A stretch of 17,720 nucleotides of DNA. Source: Tubiluchus corallicola (lineage: Eukaryota; Animalia; Priapulida). Below the pieces are notes generated by a model. That model was given only the letters and a program-made list of their open reading frames with translations. It was not told where the DNA came from and ran no database searches. The DNA lies in NCBI GenBank assembly GCA_030141605.1, contig JAQGDQ010002499.1, forward strand, positions 1 to 17,720, in the 5' to 3' direction. The stretch's first letter is position 1. Each line of letters begins with the position of its first letter. The translations under genes were made by a program, and so were the position numbers. Shown piece after piece: positions 1 through 7,767 of this stretch.

Positions 1-2144
1 TCCCAAGTGGAATTAATACGTATTCCCATATTCTTAAACAAAGTGGTTCTGAAATTAATTGTAACGTCATTTAAATTCAAAGAGTCCCTAAAAACAGAAT
101 AACTTGTATTTAGGCTCAAAGTCTCTATCAACTTCACTTTTTTTATTCCATCTTCACTTGTTGTATCTTTTGTAGCTACTTTCATTTCTACATTGTTGTC
201 AAGGCTAAAGTTAATAGTAGCACTTTTTGTAGTACCTGATGGCAAACTAAAAGCACCATTGGAATAGATGGAATAAGTAGAAAAATTAGCACTTGGAGGA
301 GGAGCAGTCAAGTACTCTCTATTGTATTTATCTTTGTTTATTCCCATTTCAGGAATGTAGCTTGCACTTAAAGAAGGTGCAAGTACGTGTCTTACTGCTT
401 TTATTTTAGAATTAGGGTTGATAAATTGATACATTCCGTAGATCCTTGGATTTAAAGTGAGGGATACAGAAGAAGTAACTGTATGCACATAGCTTACTTG
501 TCCCACAGTATCAGTTACTACGCCGCCCCTTTCTACTACACCGTCATTAATGTTTATTAATTCAGGATCCCAATACCTTCTTGTATAGTTGTTGAACATT
601 ACACCTGTATATTTTAAAGAGGGAGTAAGAGTAAGGTCTTTAGCAAGTTTAAAATTGCCAGTAATGGGTGCTTCGTGGCTGATACCTGATTTCCATTCTT
701 TATTCAATTTAGTATCAAGCACTTTATCTTCTTTTATATCTCTCAAAGAATTCTTCAATTTCATATTATAAGTAACCTGTATTCTATCATACCACTTCAA
801 TTGTCCACTAGTAGTTTTACCTCTAAAAGGGAATATTTGTGTCATATTGAAGTTTACATCGGGTAAGGTAAGAGAAACAGTACTGTCTGTGTTATTTTGA
901 CTGTGGTTCAAAGTTGCAGATAAAGAAAAAGGACTATCAGGCCACCGTCTACTATAAGATATACTAGAAGCCTTTTGATTTGTTAAATGCCCATCTCTAT
1001 CCCTAGTATTATAGTAATCATAGCTACTAGAAGATAAATTTACTGAAGCTGAAAAGCTTCTATAAGGATGTGCTTTCGAATCTTGTGTATGTGTCCACGT
1101 TAAAGAAGTTCCTTTTGCCTTTTGGTAATCAGGTAGTCCGGGTTCACCAAAGATGTTTACATTGCGTCTGAAACTAAAATTGCCACTAAACCGATAAATT
1201 ACTTTATATTCAGAGTTTAAAGATAAGCCCCACGACCCATTAGTATAAATATCGCCTCGTGCTGTAAGGTTAAAATAAGGGCTTGCTGACCAAAAGTATC
1301 CTCCTTGCTGGAAGTAATACCCTCTCCCGCTTTCTCCTCCCTCTTTACCATATGAAGGAATTAAGATACCAGAGGAATTTTGACTGTTATTGGGGAAATA
1401 TCCAAATGGAATGACAAAATAAATAGGAATATCCTGTATCACTATCCAAGCAGGGGCTGTTATTATTTTATCATTAGGAATAGCTTTTGCCTTTGTCAAA
1501 TGGATGTAAAAATGAGGATGCTCCATATCGCAAGTAGTATACTTTGCGTTTTTGAGATACAAGATGTCATTGGATTCCATTTTTACCTCTTGAGAATGTA
1601 GATACCCCCCTTCTTCTTCTGTTGCTATTTTAGTAATATAAGCCTTCTTACTATCAAAATTATATTTCAAAGTAGATGAGACGAATTCAGAACCATCATC
1701 TTTAAACACAGGACGTCCTATCACCGTTCCAGTGCTATCCTCCATTCCTTTCGCGAAAGCATTGTTTTCTTTTGTGCTAAAATCAATATATTCGGCATCC
1801 AATATAATATCTTCGTACTCAATCTTTGCTTCACCATACATATATACTTTGTTTTCTGATGTAGAAAATACAATAGAGTCATTAGATTGATATCTTACTT
1901 CTGATGTTAGGCTTTCGTCCTCATCGCCTTCTTCTTGTACACTACTCAAAGAATCAGTCTTTGCTTCACCCATTATACTGTCTTTTCCCACTACCAACAA
2001 ACTATCAATCCCATCAATTTTTGCCGATAAACTGTCTTTAATAACAATATCTCTTTCAATTAACAAAGTATCTTGTGCAGAAATGTAAAATGCCACAAAT
2101 TGAAAGCATCCTGCTATCAAATATTTGAATAAATTTAAACGCAA
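1..2144 (-). CDS. lptD: Second, partial copy of LptD-like gene (open at window edge; variant allele, possibly artefactual duplicate)
   Basis: Reverse complement of 4249-6392. The constant pairing offset shows no net indel, and the substitutions found do not create stops. Missing from the ORF track because it runs off the edge. Confidence 0.75.
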   Translation of the reverse strand, partial: MRLNLFKYLIAGCFQFVAFYISAQDTLLIERDIVIKDSLSAKIDGIDSLLVVGKDSIMGEAKTDSLSSVQEEGDEDESLTSEVRYQSNDSIVFSTSENKVYMYGEAKIEYEDIILDAEYIDFSTKENNAFAKGMEDSTGTVIGRPVFKDDGSEFVSSTLKYNFDSKKAYITKIATEEEGGYLHSQEVKMESNDILYLKNAKYTTCDMEHPHFYIHLTKAKAIPNDKIITAPAWIVIQDIPIYFVIPFGYFPNNSQNSSGILIPSYGKEGGESGRGYYFQQGGYFWSASPYFNLTARGDIYTNGSWGLSLNSEYKVIYRFSGNFSFRRNVNIFGEPGLPDYQKAKGTSLTWTHTQDSKAHPYRSFSASVNLSSSSYDYYNTRDRDGHLTNQKASSISYSRRWPDSPFSLSATLNHSQNNTDSTVSLTLPDVNFNMTQIFPFRGKTTSGQLKWYDRIQVTYNMKLKNSLRDIKEDKVLDTKLNKEWKSGISHEAPITGNFKLAKDLTLTPSLKYTGVMFNNYTRRYWDPELININDGVVERGGVVTDTVGQVSYVHTVTSSVSLTLNPRIYGMYQFINPNSKIKAVRHVLAPSLSASYIPEMGINKDKYNREYLTAPPPSANFSTYSIYSNGAFSLPSGTTKSATINFSLDNNVEMKVATKDTTSEDGIKKVKLIETLSLNTSYSVFRDSLNLNDVTINFRTTLFKNMGIRINSTW

Positions 2145-2283
2145 CCTATAGCTTTTTCCTAAAAAATTAGTTACTTTGCAAAATAAGGCAAAACTAATTA
2201 AAATTATTCATATAGAATATTTATCCTCTTTGAACAAAAAAAGAGAAAAGGATGCTACAGCACATCAAAAGAATATTATTTGT
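1..2283. repeat. Inverted copy of 4110-6392 (lptD 5' three quarters, divergent intergenic region, first 11 codons of amiA); runs off the left edge
   Basis: Position i pairs with 6393-i: 1 tcccaagtggaa vs 6381-6392 ttccacttggga. Mirrored ORFs 589..771/5622..5804 and 1380..1601/4792..5013, and mirrored starts 2252/4141, all sum to 6393. Confidence 0.98.
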
Positions 2284-3091
2284 TCTTATATTTGAGAAAC
2301 AAGATATAAGGCAAAATCAATTGATATTTAATTTGTCAGAGTTTAATATTACGCAATTTATAGATATAGATTTAGAACTCAGGAGAAAAGTATATGATAG
2401 AAAAAGAAATATGACAATTATAGAAGGTTTGAAAAACAAAAAAGATGCTCTTAAATACTATAATACTATAAAAACAGACACTAATGCATTTAAAACATTG
2501 AAAAATATAGAATATGACTATTTTGTAATATCTGAAAGCAACTATAAAATACTTGCAAATGAGAAGGAACTTGCTTATTATAAAGAGTTTTTCTATCAAA
2601 ATTACATCAATTATGATTATAAAGAGCCAGAAAAAATACCTGAGCCAGAAGTAGAAGACTCAGTAGAAATTCAAGTAGTAGAAATAGAAGCAGAGATAAA
2701 AGACGTAACGGAAATTGCTCTTCAAAATTTACAAAAAGAGTACATTGCTAGCCCTAATAACAAACACCTGTTTATTCTTCTTATACCACAGAAAGATGCT
2801 TTTACCTCCCAAAATATGGATGAATTACAAAATACCTTAGGAAAGAACCTTAAAGCGAAAAAGAAAATAGAAAATAATCAAGAACTTATCATTGTGGATA
2901 ATATAGAAAACAAGCAAGAGGCTATAGTCGTATTCAGAAGGATAATCCAAAATCGTGATATATATACGGATATAGACAATTTGCGTTATACAAATTTTGT
3001 CATATCAGATAACAATTACAAGGTATTGCAAAAAGAAAAGAGCTATGAGAAATATGTTGCTTTTTTCAGAGAGGAATATCTTAATAGGTAA
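2252..3091 (+). CDS. Chimeric ORF: first 11 aa of AmiA fused in frame to the C-terminal ~270 aa of SprE/PorW; probably a rearrangement product or artefact
   Basis: MLQHIKRILFV is identical to the start of 3698..4141(-). FVLIFEKQ...EEYLNR matches the C-terminus of 7768..10941(-) with 2 aa changes (P/L, N/D). Junction TTTGT at 2279-2283. Confidence 0.6.
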   Translation: MLQHIKRILFVLIFEKQDIRQNQLIFNLSEFNITQFIDIDLELRRKVYDRKRNMTIIEGLKNKKDALKYYNTIKTDTNAFKTLKNIEYDYFVISESNYKILANEKELAYYKEFFYQNYINYDYKEPEKIPEPEVEDSVEIQVVEIEAEIKDVTEIALQNLQKEYIASPNNKHLFILLIPQKDAFTSQNMDELQNTLGKNLKAKKKIENNQELIIVDNIENKQEAIVVFRRIIQNRDIYTDIDNLRYTNFVISDNNYKVLQKEKSYEKYVAFFREEYLNR

Positions 3092-3749
3092 GAGTATTTT
3101 GTAAATTAATTTTAGGGAATAGTATACTTTTTTTAATCCCTTGTCTTTATTTTGTTTTAACCTGCAAATTCGGTCGCAGGCTAAATAGAAAATAAAAACC
3201 ACAAACATCTAAAATTTATGGATTTTTTATGTTAGGGCTGCATATATAATAATTGTCTAAAATAGCATTACTTCACAGAATGTAGATTCTATTTTATTCG
3301 TTAGGTGGGTAACCTTTGAATATTTTTGTTACAGCCTTGTTTATTCTTTTTTCTCTTTTTTCAGGCGTTTTTATTTTCTCTGATATCACACTGGTGCCAG
3401 TACTACGCCATTTTAACTGCTCATCTTTGATATCAATAATACTAATGATTAGAACACCTTCTATATAGTCGTGATAGGTGCTTTCTACAGAATACATATT
3501 ATTTGGAATGACTATGTATCTTCCCATTCTACCCCGATAATAATAACTCCCTCCATAGCCGCTTACCATATGGTCAGCAGTAGTAGTAATTTTTCATTTG
3601 CATCAAAATCAAAATTATAAGAAGTATCTGACATTTTAAAACCTTTTAAATCATTTCACTTGTAATTGCTTCAATAATTCTATTTCAATAATCTGAGTTA
3701 AAAAACTATCCCGTTTTCATCAGTAAAGTTAAATGTTTTATATTCTTCA
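2279..3749. repeat. Inverted copy of 7103-8580 (sprE 3' end, intergenic region, most of the DUF4136 gene)
   Basis: Pairing sum is 10859 (3091/7768, 3005/7854, 3294/7565) and shifts to 10852 at 3749/7103 after an indel-rich patch. Confidence 0.97.
3294..3749 (-). pseudogene. 5'-truncated, frameshifted copy of the DUF4136 lipoprotein gene
   Basis: ORF 3294..3569 equals the last 91 aa of 7011..7565 (one I/R change). 3590-3718 aligns with indels. The signal peptide and lipobox are missing. Confidence 0.8.
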
Positions 3750-4141
3750 CTTTTATGCAATCCAAGTATGTACGTTTCTGCCCCTGTTGTGTTAGGTTTC
3801 CCTGGCAATGCATTGGCATGTATAGATATAAATAGGTCTGCTTTCTCATTGTTGGCTATTTCTGCTCGTTTGTCAAGAGGAATATAAACATCCGTTTTCC
3901 GAGTATATATGACTGTGATATCAGGATGTTTTTGTTTTATCATCTCACCAAGCTTGAGAGCAACAGCAAGTACTACCTTTTTTTCTTGTCCTATTTTTCC
4001 AACAGTACCAGGGTCTTTTCCCCCATGTCCTGCATCTATTACTACTTTCTTAATTTTGTAAGTGTCATTCTGACCGTATAAATATTGGGTAGTAAGTATA
4101 AACAGAACTACAAATAATATTCTTTTGATGTGCTGTAGCAT
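3698..4141 (-). pseudogene. amiA: N-acetylmuramoyl-L-alanine amidase (Amidase_3), N-terminal part only, truncated at an inversion junction near 3743-3749
   Basis: Signal peptide, VVIDAGHGGKDPG, EKKVVLAVALKL, YTRKTD, ADLFISIHAN. After GLHKSEE the sequence becomes YKTFNFTDE from the DUF4136 gene. The C-terminal part carrying the catalytic Glu is absent. Confidence 0.9.
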
Positions 4142-4196
4142 CCTTTTCTCTTTTTTTGTTCAAAGAGGATAAATATTCTATATGGATAATTTTAAT

Positions 4197-4204
4197 TAGT
4201 TTTG
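4197..4204 (+). promoter_or_regulatory. Candidate Bacteroidota -7 promoter element for lptD
   Basis: TAGTTTTG matches TAnnTTTG, about 45 nt upstream of the TTG start at 4249, in the divergent amiA/lptD spacer. Confidence 0.4.
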
Positions 4205-4248
4205 CCTTATTTTGCAAAGTAACTAATTTTTTAGGAAAGAGCTATAGG

Positions 4249-6954
4249 TTGCGTTTAAATTTATTCAAATATTTGATAGCAGGGTGTTTTCAATTTATAA
4301 CATTTTATATTTCTGCACAAGATACTTTGTTAATTGAAAGAGATATTGTTATTAAAGACAGTTTATCGGCAAAAATTGATGGGATTGATAGTTTGTTGGT
4401 AGTGGGAAAAGACAGTATAATGGGTGAAGCAAAGACTGATTCTTTGAGTAGTGTACAAGAAGAAGGCGATGAGGACGAAAGCCTAACATCAGAAGTAAGA
4501 TATCAATCTAATGACTCTATTGTATTTTCTACATCAGAAAACAAAGTATATATGTATGGTGAAGCAAAGATTGAGTACGAAGATATTATATTGGATGCCG
4601 AATATATTGATTTTAGCACAAAAGAAAACAATGCTTTCGCGAAAGGAATGGAGGATAGCACTGGAACGGTGATAGGACGTCCTGTGTTTAAAGATGATGG
4701 TTCTGAATTCGTCTCATCTACTTTGAAATATAATTTTGATAGTAAGAAGGCTTATATTACTAAAATAGCAACAGAAGAAGAAGGGGGGTATCTACATTCT
4801 CAAGAGGTAAAAATGGAATCCAATGACATCTTGTATCTCAAAAACGCAAAGTATACTACTTGCGATATGGAGCATCCTCATTTTTACATCCATTTGACAA
4901 AGGCAAAAGCTATTCCTAATGATAAAATAATAACAGCCCCTGCTTGGATAGTGATACAGGATATTCCTATTTATTTTGTCATTCCATTTGGATATTTCCC
5001 CAATAACAGTCAAAATTCCTCTGGTATCTTAATTCCTTCATATGGTAAAGAGGGAGGAGAAAGCGGGAGAGGGTATTACTTCCAGCAAGGAGGATACTTT
5101 TGGTCAGCAAGCCCTTATTTTAACCTTACAGCACGAGGCGATATTTATACTAATGGGTCGTGGGGCTTATCTTTAAACTCTGAATATAAAGTAATTTATC
5201 GGTTTAGTGGCAATTTTAGTTTCAGACGCAATGTAAACATCTTTGGTGAACCCGGACTACCTGATTACCAAAAGGCAAAAGGAACTTCTTTAACGTGGAC
5301 ACATACACAAGATTCGAAAGCACATCCTTATAGAAGCTTTTCAGCTTCAGTAAATTTATCTTCTAGTAGCTATGATTACTATAATACTAGGGATAGAGAT
5401 GGGCATTTAACAAATCAAAAGGCTTCTAGTATATCTTATAGTAGACGGTGGCCTGATAGTCCTTTTTCTTTATCTGCAACTTTGAACCACAGTCAAAATA
5501 ACACAGACAGTACTGTTTCTCTTACCTTACCCGATGTAAACTTCAATATGACACAAATATTCCCTTTTAGAGGTAAAACTACTAGTGGACAATTGAAGTG
5601 GTATGATAGAATACAGGTTACTTATAATATGAAATTGAAGAATTCTTTGAGAGATATAAAAGAAGATAAAGTGCTTGATACTAAATTGAATAAAGAATGG
5701 AAATCAGGTATCAGCCACGAAGCACCCATTACTGGCAATTTTAAACTTGCTAAAGACCTTACTCTTACTCCCTCTTTAAAATATACAGGTGTAATGTTCA
5801 ACAACTATACAAGAAGGTATTGGGATCCTGAATTAATAAACATTAATGACGGTGTAGTAGAAAGGGGCGGCGTAGTAACTGATACTGTGGGACAAGTAAG
5901 CTATGTGCATACAGTTACTTCTTCTGTATCCCTCACTTTAAATCCAAGGATCTACGGAATGTATCAATTTATCAACCCTAATTCTAAAATAAAAGCAGTA
6001 AGACACGTACTTGCACCTTCTTTAAGTGCAAGCTACATTCCTGAAATGGGAATAAACAAAGATAAATACAATAGAGAGTACTTGACTGCTCCTCCTCCAA
6101 GTGCTAATTTTTCTACTTATTCCATCTATTCCAATGGTGCTTTTAGTTTGCCATCAGGTACTACAAAAAGTGCTACTATTAACTTTAGTCTTGACAACAA
6201 CGTAGAAATGAAAGTAGCTACAAAAGATACAACAAGTGAAGATGGAATAAAAAAAGTGAAGTTAATAGAGACATTGAGCCTAAGTACAAGTTATTCTGTT
6301 TTTAAAGACTCTTTGAATTTAAGTGACGTTGCAATTAATTTTAGAACTACTCTGTTTAAGAATATGGGAATACGTATTAATTCCACTTGGGACCCATATG
6401 CTTTTAATGAAAATGGGCAGAAGATTAATACTTTTGAGGTAAATAAAACAGGAAAGTTATTACGTTTGAAATCAGCTACGGCAGCAACAAGCTTCTCTTT
6501 ATCCCCTTCAAAAAATAAAAATAAAAATAAAAATGATGATGATGATGATATGTTTCAAGACATATGGAAGTTTGGGAATTACTACAGGCAATATTCTGAT
6601 TTTGATGTGCCTTGGAGTTTAAATGTAAACTATAATTTAAGATATGCACAATCGCAGTTTAATAGCGAAAAACAAAAATATGAATATGACATAACTCAAA
6701 CAATGAGCTTTTCGGGCGATATAAGCCTCTCACCTAATTGGAGAATTGGTTTTTCTTCAGGATGGAACTTTGAAACAAACGAGCCAACTTATACTACAAT
6801 AGATTTGTACAGAGACTTACATTGTTTTCAAATGAGTATGTCCCTTATTCCTTTTGGTGATTTTAAGAGCTATAATTTTAATCTTAGCGTAAAATCTACT
6901 ATGTTGGAAGGACTAAAACTTGAAAAACGTAGTTCTTATTATGAAACAAGGTAG
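4249..6954 (+). CDS. lptD: Putative LPS assembly outer-membrane protein LptD (Bacteroidota type)
   Basis: OstA-like N-terminus (VYMYGEAKIEYEDIILDAEYI), YTTCDMEHPHF motif, beta-barrel-like body, C-terminal YRDLHCFQMS. Divergent from amidase as is usual in Bacteroidota. Start placed at TTG 4249 (signal-like MRLNLFKYLIAG...SAQD) rather than 4156. Confidence 0.88.
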   Translation: MRLNLFKYLIAGCFQFITFYISAQDTLLIERDIVIKDSLSAKIDGIDSLLVVGKDSIMGEAKTDSLSSVQEEGDEDESLTSEVRYQSNDSIVFSTSENKVYMYGEAKIEYEDIILDAEYIDFSTKENNAFAKGMEDSTGTVIGRPVFKDDGSEFVSSTLKYNFDSKKAYITKIATEEEGGYLHSQEVKMESNDILYLKNAKYTTCDMEHPHFYIHLTKAKAIPNDKIITAPAWIVIQDIPIYFVIPFGYFPNNSQNSSGILIPSYGKEGGESGRGYYFQQGGYFWSASPYFNLTARGDIYTNGSWGLSLNSEYKVIYRFSGNFSFRRNVNIFGEPGLPDYQKAKGTSLTWTHTQDSKAHPYRSFSASVNLSSSSYDYYNTRDRDGHLTNQKASSISYSRRWPDSPFSLSATLNHSQNNTDSTVSLTLPDVNFNMTQIFPFRGKTTSGQLKWYDRIQVTYNMKLKNSLRDIKEDKVLDTKLNKEWKSGISHEAPITGNFKLAKDLTLTPSLKYTGVMFNNYTRRYWDPELININDGVVERGGVVTDTVGQVSYVHTVTSSVSLTLNPRIYGMYQFINPNSKIKAVRHVLAPSLSASYIPEMGINKDKYNREYLTAPPPSANFSTYSIYSNGAFSLPSGTTKSATINFSLDNNVEMKVATKDTTSEDGIKKVKLIETLSLSTSYSVFKDSLNLSDVAINFRTTLFKNMGIRINSTWDPYAFNENGQKINTFEVNKTGKLLRLKSATAATSFSLSPSKNKNKNKNDDDDDMFQDIWKFGNYYRQYSDFDVPWSLNVNYNLRYAQSQFNSEKQKYEYDITQTMSFSGDISLSPNWRIGFSSGWNFETNEPTYTTIDLYRDLHCFQMSMSLIPFGDFKSYNFNLSVKSTMLEGLKLEKRSSYYETR
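6511..6549 (+). repeat. In-frame simple repeats (AAAAAT)4 then (GAT)5, encoding KNKNKNKNDDDDD
   Basis: Read directly from the sequence. Confidence 0.9.
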
Positions 6955-7010
6955 TTCTTGAAAATATTTATTACTTTTATTCGTTAAATATATTTTAAAC
7001 TATTATTACT

Positions 7011-7565
7011 ATGAAAAAGTTAATACTATTATTTTTTGTCTTGTCTTTGTTCTCGTGTACAAGTGTACGAGTGGTAACTGACTATGATAGAGATGCTAAG
7101 TTTGAAGAATATAAAACATTTAACTTTACTGATGAAAAAACGGATAGTTTTTTAACTCAATTAGATAGAAATAGAATTATTGAAACAATTACAAATGAGA
7201 TGATTTTAAAAGGCTTCGAAATGTCAGATACTCCTGATGTAATTGTTGACTTTGATGTACGAAAAAAAATTACTACCACTGCTGACCATATGGTAAGTGG
7301 CTATGGAGGTAGTTACTATTATCGGGGTATAATGGGAAGATACATAGTCATTCCAAATAATATGTATTCTGTAGAAAGCACCTATCACGACTATATAGAA
7401 GGTGTTCTAATCATTAGTATTATTGATATCAAAGATGAGCAGTTAAAATGGCGTAGTACTGGCACCAGTGTGATATCAGAGAAAATAAAAACGCCTGAAA
7501 AAAGAGAAAAAAGAATAAACAAGGCTGTAACAAAAATATTCAAAGGTTACCCACCTAACGAATAA
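7011..7565 (+). CDS. DUF4136 family lipoprotein
   Basis: Lipoprotein signal (LFSC), VVTDYDRDAKFEEYKTFNF, Gly/Tyr-rich middle, YIEGVLIISIID...LKWR pattern typical of DUF4136. Confidence 0.85.
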   Translation: MKKLILLFFVLSLFSCTSVRVVTDYDRDAKFEEYKTFNFTDEKTDSFLTQLDRNRIIETITNEMILKGFEMSDTPDVIVDFDVRKKITTTADHMVSGYGGSYYYRGIMGRYIVIPNNMYSVESTYHDYIEGVLIISIIDIKDEQLKWRSTGTSVISEKIKTPEKREKRINKAVTKIFKGYPPNE

Positions 7566-7673
7566 AATAGAATCTACATTCTGTGAAGTAATGCTATTTT
7601 AGACAATTATTATATATGCAGCCCTAACATAAAAAATCCATAAATTTTAGATGTTTGTGGTTTTTATTTTCTA

Positions 7674-7703
7674 TTTAGCCTGCGACCGAATTTGCAGGTT
7701 AAA
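7674..7703. other. Stem-loop between convergent genes (possible terminator or REP-like palindrome); mirrored at 3156-3185
   Basis: tttagcctgcga-ccgaat-ttgcaggttaaa, a 12-bp stem with two G-U pairs. No downstream U-tract on either strand. Confidence 0.4.
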
Positions 7704-7767
7704 ACAAAATAAAGACAAGGGATTAAAAAAAGTATACTATTCCCTAAAATTAATTTACAAAATACTC

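Noticed and set aside
2279-4141. Invertible phase-variation cassette or shufflon
   Set aside because: Segments are duplicated rather than conservatively inverted, the two junction sequences differ, and no recombinase is in the window.
589-5804. Short ORFs 589..771, 1380..1601, 2372..2599, 3005..3208, 4792..5013, 5622..5804
   Set aside because: Antisense shadows of lptD or sprE sequence. They appear twice only because of the inverted duplication.
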